DNA of 64,000 nt from Octopus vulgaris (GCA_951406725.2 OX597840.1:14136001-14200000), one strand, 5' to 3'. Shown: positions 1 through 10,886, counted from the first letter of the stretch. Notes: a model not told the origin generated them from the letters alone. A program made the numbers and translations.

Positions 1-190
1 GTCCCCTCCCCCACCATCACTTGATAACTGATGTTGGTGTGTTTCATCCCTATGAATTAGCGGTTCGGCAAAAGAGACCGATAGAATAAGTACTAGGCTT
101 ACAAAGTCCTGGGTTTGATTTCTTTGACTAAAAGACTTTAAGGCAGTGCTCCAGCATGGCTGCAGTCCAAGACAAGTGAAAGTATAAAAG
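1..190 (+). mobile_element. SINE family A, 3' half (cut by window start)
   Basis: Matches the 3' body of the full copy at 62249-62665 (cacttgacaacc...gatagaataagtactaggcttac...gtgctccagcatggc). Confidence 0.85.
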
Positions 191-217
191 AATATATAGT
201 ATTTATGATATATATAA

Positions 218-272
<55 letters not shown>

Positions 273-479
273 TTTATACATCAAATGTGTGTGTGTCTAA
301 TGAAACATAGAAATGTGTGCCTGTGCACAGAAACACACACACAACACATTGCCGCTCTCTCACAGACAACTATCTTCTCATGATGTATACACATATACAC
401 AAGCGCACATGTGATGTATTCAAACAGGTGCTACTTGTCGCATCACTCCCACCATCTCTACGCTTTTTATACGGTCTAT

Positions 480-743
480 AAAAACTGACACACACACACA
501 CACACACACATATATGTGTGTGTGTGTATGTGTATGCTTGTATCTACGTATACACACAGCGTTCTATGGTAATAGTTTAGGACACATCTTAGCCATCAGA
601 TTATATGTTTCTGTATTCATATCTATCATTTCCTCTAATTGTTACTTTATTGCTTTTAAATATGTGTGTAATATATATATGTGTGTGTGTGTATATATAT
701 ACGCACACACATACATACATACATACATATATATGTATGTATG

Positions 744-776
<33 letters not shown>

Positions 777-1060
777 GTATGTATATATGTATGTATATGT
801 ATATGTATATATGTATGTATATGTATATGTATATATGTATGTATGTATGTATATGTATGTATGTATGTATATCTATATATATATATAGATATACATACAT
901 ACATACATACATGCACACACATATATCTATATATATACTTTTTGTATGTGTATTTGTGTGTGTGTGTGTGTATATATATATCATCATCACTTAATGTCTA
1001 TTCTCCGTGCTGACATGGGTTGGACTCATTCACATATTATATATAAATATATATTTATTC

Positions 1061-1097
<37 letters not shown>

Positions 1098-1100
1098 CTC
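480..1100. repeat. Compound (CA)n/(TG)n/(TATG)n/(TA)n microsatellites
   Basis: Directly visible; source of the spurious MYVCMY/YIHT ORFs. Confidence 0.95.
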
Positions 1101-1599
1101 TTTGCGTGTGTACAGACACATACACACACATACACATAATCACATATACATTAATATAAACACTGAAAAATTGTTTGATGAAAATGAATATAAGAGATGT
1201 ATGTGCCTAGAACACACATATACACACTGTGTTTGACGTACAAACATAAATGCAGGTAACATTGCCTGCCAATCACAGGTGAATATGACTGTATAGATCC
1301 ATCGATCTTTATTTCATCTTTCATTCTTTTATTCTGTCATTCCTTCATACACTCACCTGTTTATCACTATCTTATTTACCTGGCCTCTCCTGTCGTCTCT
1401 CTGCAGTTTTACTGTAGCTCTATATATATATATATATATATACACATATCTATACACACTCACACCGACACATACACAATTGTGAATATATATGTCATCA
1501 TCATTTTAACGACTACTTTTCCATGCTTTCATGGGTCAGGTGAGAGAGAGAGTATGTTGGGGCACTTTTCTATGACCAAATGCTCTCACACTGTATATG

Positions 1600-1798
1600 T
1601 ACATGTATATATATGTATACTGTTTGTCTGTCTGTCAGTCTATCTATCTGTCTATGTATGTATGTATGCATGTATGTGTGTATGCATGTATGTGTGTATG
1701 TATCTATCTATCTATTTGTCTGCCTGTCAGTCTATCTGTCCATCCGTCCGTCTGTCCTTTCGTCTGTCTGTCTGCCTATCTATCTATCTATCTATCTA

Positions 1799-1835
<37 letters not shown>

Positions 1836-1985
1836 TTATCTGTCTGTCTGTCTGTCTGTCTATCTGCCTATCTATCTATCTATCTATCTATCCATCCGTC
1901 CATCCATTTAGCTATCTATCTGTCTATTAATCTGTCTCTTGACCTATTTGTCTGTCTGTCCGTCCGTCCGTCCATTTATCTACCT
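1600..1985. repeat. Compound (TCTG)n/(TCTA)n/(TCCG)n microsatellite
   Basis: Directly visible tetranucleotide arrays. Confidence 0.95.
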
Positions 1986-2019
1986 ATTTGTTTATCAAGT
2001 TGTCCATCTGCATTACTGT

Positions 2020-2355
2020 CGGGTGAAGAAGTTTGCTTTCCAATCACATGCTTATGAGGCACATGTCTAATACTATAATACCCTAACTGAAGTTCTGTGA
2101 ATGGATTTGGTAGATGGAAACTGAAAGAAGCCCTTTGTGTGTATGTATACATGTATGTGTCAATGTTTGTGTCTACTCTTGATTCTGTGATTGTTATAAA
2201 AGAATGTTATTCATTTCCATTATGTTAAAACGTGTCTTGATGTGGGGTAAATATTACTTGGTTTGGAAACAGGAAAAGCATCCGTAGAAAATTTGCCTCA
2301 ATCAGCTCTGTCCAATTCACGTAAGCAAGGAAAAGGGGATGTCCAAATGATGGTT
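2020..2355 (+). mobile_element. Degenerate SINE: family-A-like 5' body with RTE-like 3' part (family F)
   Basis: gtgaatggatttggtagatggaaactgaaagaagccc shared with family A; ggaaaagcatccgtagaaa...caaggaaaaggggatgtc shared with the family E tail and with 30001-30180. Confidence 0.6.
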
Positions 2356-2445
2356 TCATATATATATATATATATATATTTATATTTATACGTAAATGTC
2401 AAAAAATGAAAATGTGTGCTCAACACCGCATTGATGGATATAATT

Positions 2446-2553
2446 TCTTTATTTGTGAATTAAGGCTACCATTGGTTTCATGTTAAGAAAAGTAGGAAAA
2501 TATCCTAGTGTCTTAACAAGAAACCAATGGTAGCCTTATTCATAAACGAAAGA
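2446..2553. repeat. Fold-back inverted repeat between (TA)n tracts
   Basis: Arms about 2446-2488 and 2511-2553 (taaggctaccattggtttc / gaaaccaatggtagcctta), plus inner tagga/tccta. Confidence 0.9.
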
Positions 2554-2598
2554 TATATATATCATATGTCATCTAACAGTGGGAGAGTCCATTATATA

Positions 2599-2652
<54 letters not shown>

Positions 2653-2672
<20 letters not shown>

Positions 2673-2972
2673 GGCCTCTCCCACTGTTAGACAACGTATG
2701 AGGTTTTGACAATTTTTTACCGAACCACCACACAGGTGATTTGTTTATAGTGATCAAATGTTTATGTAGACATAAACTCACTCCCTCCATCAGATTGACA
2801 TCACCTGTACAGGTGCAACTGGGTGCCACATGTCAGATGACGAAATAATCACAGAGCAATGTGAAATGAAGTGCTTTGCTCAAGAACACAATGCAATGCC
2901 TGGTCTGGGAATCGAACCCAAGATCTCACAGTTGTCAGTGCAATAACCTTACCACTAAGCCATGCACCTTCA
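2653..2972 (-). mobile_element. SINE family D (tRNA-like head + CORE-like segment)
   Basis: Minus strand reads gaaggtgcatggcttagtggtaagg...ggttcgattccc...gtgttcttgagcaaagcact; same tail variant as 3625-3905. Confidence 0.75.
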
Positions 2973-2986
2973 CAATATGTATATAA

Positions 2987-3190
2987 AGGTGGCGAGCTGG
3001 CAGAAATGTTAGTATGCCAGGCGAAATGCTTAGCGGTATCTCATCTGTCTTTACGTTCTGAGTTCAAATTCCGTCATGGTCGACTTTACCTTTCATCCTT
3101 TCAGGGTTAATAAATTAAGTACCAGTTGCATACTGGAGTTAATCTAATCAACTGGCCCCCTCCCCCAAAATTTCAAGCCAAAATTTCAAA
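2987..3190 (+). mobile_element. SINE family B
   Basis: ggtggcgagctggcagaaatgttag...gttcaaattcc...tttcatcctttcagggttaataaattaagtacc; many homologous copies in the window. Confidence 0.85.
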
Positions 3191-3396
3191 GAATATATGT
3201 ATATATATGTATATATATATAGTACATAGTGAGATAGAGGTTATGTGTGTAACCCACTATGGAATATCAGTTATCCAATGTACTGCCAGTGAAGTACCCA
3301 AAAGGTCAATACATAAATGCTTACGATTGCAATACAATTATTTCATTTATTGTATTATATGGGCGAAGGTAAAATGTTTTACCTCAAATTCATAAT

Positions 3397-3593
3397 ACAA
3401 AATAAGAAAATGGAGGAATAGATTCCTTTCAATCATCAACTTACAGATAATACCAATTCATATAATTTATTAATAAGACAGTATTCTGTTGGATTTGGAT
3501 GTTCCTATTTAATTAGTTAATAAATTATATGAATTGGTATTATCTGGAAGTTGATGATTGAAAGGAATCTATTCCTCCATTTTCTTATTTTGT
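3397..3593. repeat. 77-bp inverted repeat (1 mismatch) with 43-nt spacer
   Basis: Arms 3397-3473 and 3517-3593, compared base by base. Confidence 0.92.
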
Positions 3594-3624
3594 GTGTATA
3601 TATATATATTTATATATATATATT

Positions 3625-3905
3625 TATAATGGCTTATTGGTAAGGGGGTTGTACTCACAATCTAGTGTTCATGATTTCAATTCCTAGACTGGGCAGTGCA
3701 TTGTGTTCTTGAGTAAAACATTTCATCTCATGTTGCTCTGTGATCACTTTGACACCTGACATGTGGCACACCTGTGCACCTGTTCAGACAGCCTCGATTT
3801 GTTGGAGAGAGTGAGCATAAACATTTGATCATTATTTGCAAATCATATGTGCTGGTTGTTCAGCAAGCTGAACGCTCATATGTAATATTTAACTGGAGAG
3901 TCCAT
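3625..3905 (+). mobile_element. SINE family D, degenerate
   Basis: tRNA-like head, ttgtgttcttgagtaaaaca segment, tail ending ctggagagtccat. Confidence 0.65.
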
Positions 3906-4067
3906 CATATACATACATATACACACATACAGTAGAAGTTACAGATCTGCAGTGGGACTGAGTGAGCATCTGAGGGATTGTAATAGAATGTCAAAAATGC
4001 CATTGACAATAAGGAAGCTCAGAAAGACAGCAGTTATCTGGAACGGAGCAATCACCGTATATATATA

Positions 4068-4260
4068 GTTATCCAAACATGGAAACACAAAAATATGAGG
4101 ACGTGGAACAAGTATAGTGTTATTGGACGCTCAGGAAAGGAAAGAAAGAAGGAGGATTTAATGTTTCAAACTGAGCTCTTCATCAGAAACGTAGAAAAAG
4201 GAAAAATCCAAGGAAGGGAAGACAGAGGAAGAAAAACGCTAACGATACACACGCAGTCAC
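4068..4260 (-). mobile_element. PLE pseudo-LTR fragment, family H1, with minimal hammerhead at 4156-4190
   Basis: Minus strand: gttt CTGATGA a gagc tca gttt GAAAC att aaat. Homologous copies at 9432, 25045, 41870 and 56975. Confidence 0.75.
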
Positions 4261-4286
4261 ACACATACACACGCACACACGAAGCT

Positions 4287-4670
4287 GGAGGTGCAATGGC
4301 CTAGTGGTTAGGGCAGTGGACTCGCAGTCATAGGATTACGGTTTCGATTCCCAGTCTGGGCGTTGTGAGTGTTTATTGAGCGAAAACACCTAAAGCTCCA
4401 CGAGGCTCCGGCAGGGGGGGTGGGGTGGCAAACCCTGCTGTACTCTTTCACCGCAACTTTCTCTCACTCTTTCTTCCTGTTTCTGTTGTACTTGTATTTC
4501 AAAGGGTCAGCCTTGTCACACTTGGTGTCACACTGAATCTCCCTGAGAACTATGTTAAGAGTATACATGTCTGTGGAGTGCTCAGCCACTTGCACGTTAA
4601 TTTTACAAGCAGGCTGTTCCATTGATTGGCTCAGCTGGAACCCTCTCCATTGTAACTCATGGAGTGCCAC
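4287..4670 (+). mobile_element. SINE family C (tRNA-derived head)
   Basis: A box tggcctagtgg and B box ggtttcgattccc; 3' tail shared with family D copies; homolog at 10887-11240. Confidence 0.85.
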
Positions 4671-4678
4671 GATGCATA

Positions 4679-4895
4679 TGAAGGGGTACAGAAAAGTTCT
4701 CATCTTTAAGGGTATTGCAGAAGGCTTGGTTGGAGACCTAACCTTCTGAGTTTTTTTACAGGGCTTAAAACAACTGAAGGACTGTTGCAATAAGTGTGTG
4801 GATCTGAGCTCTGAGCGGAGAACAAAAATAATAATAACTGATCTTCCTGTATTTTCTTTTACCCAAATCCAGGAACCTTTCAGCACTCCTTTGGT
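4679..4895 (+). mobile_element. Mariner-derived MITE
   Basis: Imperfect TIRs gaaggggtacagaaaagttct / aggaacctttcagcactcctttg; internal EFFLQGLKQLKDCCNKCVDL-like translation resembles a mariner transposase C-terminus. Confidence 0.6.
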
Positions 4896-4924
4896 AGTTA
4901 CGGTGGAGGGTGTCATGCTTTCTC

Positions 4925-5185
4925 CACCATGGAACAGAAAGTTTTGAAATGGTTTGAATTCCCACTCATGAAACATCTGAGTCTTTTTCTTCTCTAGTAA
5001 CACTAGCATCTGCTCTTTTTCTTGAAACAGAGAAAATCAGAAATCTAAGTGATTTCTTCTGGGATGGTCAGTATCAGGAATTCCCTAAGAAACTCTTGTC
5101 CTGTTGAGTTGTGAGGTAGACTTCACTTCCACAATCTCCCCATGCTTCTCCACAAGAGTTGAAACTCTTGCCAGAGCTCGGTGAG
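4925..5185 (-). pseudogene. Possible L1/Tx1 ORF1 (gag-like) relic
   Basis: Frameshifted translation ...KHGEIVEV...MLVLLE.KRLRCFMSGNSNH resembles a Tx1 ORF1 zinc-knuckle region; highly degenerate. Confidence 0.35.
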
Positions 5186-5577
5186 CCAACATATGTGCTG
5201 GTCATTCAGGAAGCTGAACACTCATACGTAATATTCAACAGGAGAGTCCATCATTCATTCATTCATACACACACACACACACATACATACGAAAGTGGAG
5301 GTTCAATGGCCCAGTGGTTAGGGCAGTAGACTTGCAATCATAGGATCACGGTTTCGATTCCCAAATAATGAAGAATCATTATAAAGGCTTAGGAGGTGCA
5401 TGTGACTGTTGCCATTCTTCTGGCTTCTTGCTCTTTGATGCAAATGGCAGCTACCATCCCAAACTGCTTCCGTTTATATATATGTAGCACTAAGGCCACA
5501 CATCTTCAAGACATTTTTCAGTAGGAGATTTAAGTCTCTTGTCCTTGTGAGAAACATACTTATAGATAAATGTTTTA

Positions 5578-5585
5578 AATAATAA

Positions 5586-5616
<31 letters not shown>

Positions 5617-5903
5617 ATTAATAATAATAATGAAATTATTGTATACAGTGCTCAGGTGCACCATAGCTTGTCAGAAAGTGCATATAAAGTATATGCAGTA
5701 ATGTACAAATGTCTGGGAAGTGAACAGTGTATGAGTCAGATACATGCTTGTGTGTGTATGGAGGGGAGAAAATCAGGTGTAGTGTTGGCGAATCTCAGGA
5801 AGCATGGAAGTTTTGAAGGATGCAGTGCTCCGACAACTAACAACTGATGCTGGCAGTTTGTTCCATACTTCAGCAACTCTCAGCGTGAAAAAATGTTTCC
5901 GAA
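5578..5903 (-). mobile_element. CR1-clade LINE 3' end with (TTA)n tail
   Basis: Minus strand encodes FRKHFFTLRVAEVWNKLPASVVSCRSTASFK, the typical CR1 ORF2 C-terminus, followed by 3' UTR and the microsatellite tail at 5578-5630. Confidence 0.85.
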
Positions 5904-6761
5904 ATGTTTAGTTCAGTGTTAGTGTATTCCTTCTCATCAAAAGTTATAACTGCATCAATTTCGTACTGCAGACCCTTACCTTTCAAATCTTGCACTCAAT
6001 GCATGGTCCACTGGCTAACCTCCCTCAAAAGAGATAAAGCGCAGTTGTTGTTTTTTTATGTTGTCATTTTTTTTTTGTTGTTTTGTATACAGTTTCGCTA
6101 TTATTACTGTTGCGATTGATGTTGCTGTTGTTAACTTCATTCTTGATGCTGTCTTTCTTTCCATTCTTGTTCTTGCTGTTGTTGTTGTTTCCATTCTTGT
6201 TGTTCACACTGTTGGTGTTATTGTTGTTACTGTTGCTGCTGCTGTGGCTTGTATTTTTATATAGCTACCGTTGTCATAGCAACAAGACAAAATTCCGTTA
6301 CTTACATTTAATAAATTTATTTCAGCCCCAACTTGCCAGCCATTGACATCATGCTCCTCCGCCATGGCTATATTGGCACTCAAAATTCGGTTGACTGAAC
6401 GCTGTTCACCTTCAATTATTATTATGGCGTTGTGTTTTGACATTTTTTTTTTTTAATTGGGAAAATTGTGGTATCTTTGTTTTCACAAGAAATTCGAAAT
6501 AGTTATCACTGAGTTACACCTCCAAAAGCAGGTGTAATTGAATAGAAATGTTACCACCATGATCTAGACAATGTCAGTAATAAAGTCATCACAAAATAAT
6601 TGACCGAATGGGCTTTGACCAACCGAAACATTAGAAAAAACCTCAAAACTTGCTGAGTTACAAGTTTCCATGACTTCACAGTATGGTGACCATAACTACA
6701 ATAATAATTATAATGACAATAATAATAATAACAACAACAACAATAATAATCATAATAATAA

Positions 6762-7186
6762 TCCTTTCTGCTAAAGGCACAAGGCCTGAAATGTTGGGGA
6801 AGGGGACTAATCGATTACATTGCCCCCAGTGTTTCACTGGTACTTAATTTATCGACCCCTGAAATGATGAAAGGCAAAGTTGACCTGAGTGGAATTTGAA
6901 CTCAGAACGTGAAGATGGATGAAATACCACAAAGCATTTCGCTCGCTGTGCAAATGGTTTTGCCAGCTTGCCACCTTAATAATAATAATCTTTTCTACTA
7001 AAGGGACAAGGCCTGAAATTTTGGAGGAGGAGACCAGTCGATTACATCAACACCAGTGTTTCACTGGTACTTAATTTATCAACCCTGAAAGGATGAAAGG
7101 CAAAGTCGACCTTAGTAGAATTTGAACTCAGAATGCTACTAATCATTTCACCTGGTATGTTAAATATTCTGCTAGCTTACCGCCTT
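6762..7186 (-). mobile_element. Two tandem SINE family B copies separated by (AAT)n
   Basis: Copies at 6762-6977 and 6989-7186, each with gatgaaaggcaaagt...gaatttgaactcagaa. Confidence 0.85.
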
Positions 7187-7212
7187 GACAATAATAATAA
7201 TAATAATAATAA

Positions 7213-8010
7213 TGAATGGAGGACTCCATCCAGGAGCAGGAGTAGCAAGATTATACATACCTAGAAAGGAAGGTGGAAGAGGGTTAATGTTAGTAGAAGA
7301 CTATGTGGCGTTAGCTAGAGTAGATATAGTGAAGAATGTTTATTGAAAGCTGCTAGAGTCACAGCAAGACATAGGGAAACCAAACGAAGTTAAAAGCCAA
7401 AAAAGAGAACAAAAATTATCTGAATGTCAGGAGAAGGCTTTACAAGATAAATTCCCAAAGATAATTGCAGTGAATAGTAGTAGTGAGACATGGTTATGGT
7501 TGCAGAAAGGAGAGCTGAAAAGAGAGACAGAAAAGTTTGTTAATAACATCATAAGATTAAGCATTAAGGACTAATTGGATAAAAGCCAAGATAGACAAAA
7601 ACTAAGTAGATTCCCAATGATAGTTATGCAAATCGAAGGAAGAAAGTGTTACTCGTATAGAAAGTGAATGGAACATGCTGGCACAGAAAAGAATACAAGA
7701 AAAGACATGGCAACCTAGGGAGAATAATCCACTGGAAGTTCTGTAAAAAGCTAAGATTTGAACATATCGATAAATTGTATGAACATGAACCTAGTAAAGC
7801 ACTAGAAAGTAAGAAATACAAGATGTTGTGGGACTTTAACATTCAGACTGACAGAGTAATAGAAGCGAGAAGGCCTGATTTGGTGGTGGTAGTAGTAGTA
7901 GTAGTAGATAAAGAGAATAGAAAGTGCCAGTCCTAAATGATGAAAAATATGAGAAGTATAGAAAAAATAGTCAAGTGCCAGAACCTATCCATTGAATTAC
8001 AGAGACAATG
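7213..8010 (+). pseudogene. R4/Dong-clade non-LTR retrotransposon relic (post-RT region, zinc motif region, RLE endonuclease)
   Basis: Disrupted frames give LYIPRKEGGRGL, ETWLWLQKGELKRETE, EYKKRHGNLGRIIHWKFC and MLWDFNIQTDRVIEARRPDLVVV-DKENR (RLE PD motif); flanked by (TAA)n at about 7190-7212 and 8024-8047. Confidence 0.85.
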
Positions 8011-8341
8011 CTCTCTCACTCACTAATAATAATAATAATAATAATAAGACTAAAAAAAGAAGTTTCTAACAATGATCTACATCAACAAAAAACGTATGTA
8101 TAGTTCTCTTAGAAATGTAAATGTGTGTGTGTGTGTGTGTGTGTGCTTGTGTGTATCTTGTGAGGTATTTAATATACTCTTTCTGACTTTGTTGTTCAAA
8201 TGTAGGCCTCTGACTACTCAGATTTGTTTCTCTTACTTCGTGTTCCATTTATGCAAATTGGTAAAGCCATGAATATGTTCTATTCAATCTCATTACACAT
8301 CTGTAAATCTCTTGTTCCACTGGCTCCAAGGTGGGGCAATC

Positions 8342-8386
8342 GCTGTGCTGATGATAGCTACTGAGGCTGAAATATATATTGACAAC
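8342..8386 (+). ncRNA. Degenerate hammerhead motif (family shared with 60841)
   Basis: gctgtg CTGATGA t agc tactgag gct GAAA tatatat; stem I imperfect. Confidence 0.45.
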
Positions 8387-8765
8387 ACTCTCTTTATCTT
8401 TAGACTGTTTTTTTTTTCATGTTAAATTTGGTGAATATTTAATTCTTGACATTATTTCTCCTTCTCATTTGGAGCTGCTTCCAATTACTTCCAAGCAAAC
8501 TGTTCCACATTCCTTAGAAATGGAGATGATTTCAACAAATTAAGACTTTATGCCTGTTATGCGGAATCTAATATACCTTTATTCATCTTCATTATTCACA
8601 CACATCATTGATAACTCTGGTTATTTTTCTTAACTCATCTTCATATACATGTGTGTGTGAGTATGTATGTGTGTGTGTGTGAGTATGTATGTGTGTGTGT
8701 GTGTATGTGTGAGTATGTATGTGTGTGTGTGTGTGTGTGATATACAGACAAGGAAGTAATAGCCA

Positions 8766-9011
8766 TGAAAACAGTAGAAAGGTTGGGTATCTTACCCTTA
8801 TATGATGTAAAAAGGTTGTCAGCAGACAGTCACAGGACTTGAACCAGCACCTCTGAGATACCAGCTGAGTACTCTACCAATGAAGCTAAGCTGCCCACTG
8901 ACAACAGTACTCAGCTGCTTTCTGGGAAGTGTGGGTTCAAGTCGTGTGGTGTCAACTGACAACTTATTCCGTCATTTAAGGGTAAAATATCCATTCTTCC
9001 TCCTGTTTTCA
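8766..9011. mobile_element. Diverged inverted pair of a short tRNA-derived element
   Basis: Arms 8766-8873 and 8906-9011; minus strand 8825-8897 has tRNA-like A box (tagcttcattgg) and B box (ggttcaagtcc). Confidence 0.7.
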
Positions 9012-9017
9012 CAAGTA

Positions 9018-9412
9018 TACTCTTTTACTTGTTTCAGTCATTTCACTGTGGCCATGCTGGAGCACCGCCTTTAGTCGAGCAAATCAACCCGAGGACTTAA
9101 TCATTGTAAGCCTAGAACTTATTCTATCGGTCTCTTATTCCAAACCGCTAAGTTATGGAGATGTAAACACACTAGCATCGGTTGTCAAGCGATGTTGGTA
9201 GGACAAACACAGACACACAAACATACACACAAACATATATATATATATACAATGGGCTTCTTTCAGTTTCTGTCTACCAAATCCACTTGCAAGGCTCTGG
9301 TCGGCCTGAGGCTATAGTAGAAGACACTTGACCAAGGTGTCACACAGTGGGACTGAACCCAGAACCTTGTGGTTGGTAAGCAAGCTACTTACCACACAGT
9401 CATTCCTGTGCC
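9018..9412 (-). mobile_element. SINE family A, full length
   Basis: Reverse-complement homolog of 62249-62665 including the internal (CA)/(TA) tract. Confidence 0.9.
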
Positions 9413-9431
9413 TATATATATATATATATAA

Positions 9432-9568
9432 AGTTAATCCAAACAAGAAAACAAAAACAAAAAAACAACAACGCAAGGACGTGGAACAAATAAAGTATTA
9501 TTGGACGCTCAGGAAAGAAGGGAAGAAGGAGTGTTTGACGTTTCGAGCTGAGCTCTTCATCGGAAACA
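9432..9568 (-). mobile_element. PLE pseudo-LTR fragment H1 with hammerhead at 9533-9567
   Basis: Minus strand: gttt CCGATGA a gagc tca gctc GAAAC GTC aaac (U4>C lesion). Confidence 0.75.
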
Positions 9569-9732
9569 TGACGGGCTTCTTTCAGTTTCCGTCTACCAAA
9601 TCCACTCACAAGGCTTTGGTCAGCCCGAGGCTATAGTGGAAGACAATTGCCCAAGGTGCCATGCAATAGGACTGAACCCGGAACCATGTGGTTGGTAAAC
9701 AAGCTACTTACCACACAGACACTCTTACGCCT
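9568..9732 (-). mobile_element. SINE family A, 5' half
   Basis: Homologous to 9250-9412. Confidence 0.85.
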
Positions 9733-9859
9733 ATGTTTATTTTTAAAATATTACTTTCCCATCTGTATGACATGATACACTTTCAATGCTTCCAAAAACA
9801 AAAAGATGTTTGTTTACATATGTTGTTTCATGTGTGTGTGTGTGCATATGTATACATAA

Positions 9860-10170
9860 CTGGCACTCCGTTGGGTTCCAATTGATCTGATCAATGGAAC
9901 AGCTTGCTTACGAGATTAACGTGCAAATGGCTGAGCACTCCACAGACACATGTACACCTTCACATACTGTTCAGTGGGATTCAGTGTCTCACAGAGAGTG
10001 AAAAGGCTGGCTCCTTGAAATATGGGTGCTATTAATTTTTGCCAGCTGAGTGGACTGGAGTAATGTGAAATAAAGTGTCCTGCTGAAGGGTACAAAACTC
10101 TGCCCAGAATTGAACTCATGATATTATGATCGTGAGCTAAATACCCTAACCACTAAGCCATGTTCCTTCA
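9860..10170 (-). mobile_element. SINE family D head with family C-type tail
   Basis: Head ggcttagtggttagggtattt...gagttcaattc; tail gagtgctcagccatttgcacgttaat...ggagtgcca. Confidence 0.8.
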
Positions 10171-10256
10171 CACACAGACATTCATACATATACGTAAAAG
10201 AATTGAATATATAGAGTCAACAGGAAGGAGTATGTTTAGACAGATATTTAATAAAC

Positions 10257-10360
10257 ACTACACAGATTTCAATACAACATAGATCCACACATACACACAG
10301 GATTTAGATTAAGCAATGGTTTACCTGTATAATAGAATCCAGTTGTATCACCTCAGGTGA
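10257..10360 (-). ncRNA. Degenerate hammerhead motif with long stem II
   Basis: Minus strand: ctgaggt gatacaac ... gttgtatt gaaa; core partly mutated. Confidence 0.35.
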
Positions 10361-10477
10361 TATATATAATCGCAGTCCCTGTAAGTAAATCTCAGACTTT
10401 GATGCTAACACATCCAACTGGCTCTTTTCATGTGTAAACACACACATGCACACACATACATATACACATACAGATAC

Positions 10478-10508
<31 letters not shown>

Positions 10509-10628
10509 TAATATATGTATATACATATATATATTATATATATGTGTGTGTGTGTGTAGATATATATAGATGTATATATATTATATATGTGTGTATAGAT
10601 ATACATATATGTGTATATATACACACAC

Positions 10629-10660
<32 letters not shown>

Positions 10661-10665
<5 letters not shown>

Positions 10666-10848
10666 TTCAAAACAGTTTGATTCAAATTCGTTGGTTCTCT
10701 CGAGTTTAAAGCCAAAAAATGGCTGATGACTAGCATCATGCTTGAAACTCAAGAGTACCAACGAATTTGAATCAAACTGTTTTGATCCATACACATAACT
10801 CCCAATAAATTGGTTGGGTGCCCTTCTATTGTTTGTCCACTCACTCGT
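10661..10848 (+). mobile_element. PLE pseudo-LTR fold-back with hammerhead at 10720-10760 (family H2)
   Basis: 47-bp arms 10661-10707 and 10745-10791; tgg CTGATGA ct agca tca tgct t GAAAC tc aa ga GTA cca; second copy at 50636-50764. Confidence 0.8.
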
Positions 10849-10886
10849 GTATATATATATATATATATATAGACTATATATATGTT

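Noticed and set aside
514-2057. Long ORFs rich in MYVC/YIHT/LSVC (also at 15060-16046, 31556-33328, 42920-43700, 58508-59452)
   Set aside because: Translations of stop-free microsatellites, open in several frames on both strands; no protein-like complexity.
6058-6346. Hydrophobic poly-Val/Leu ORFs resembling membrane proteins
   Set aside because: Degenerate (GTT)n repeat.
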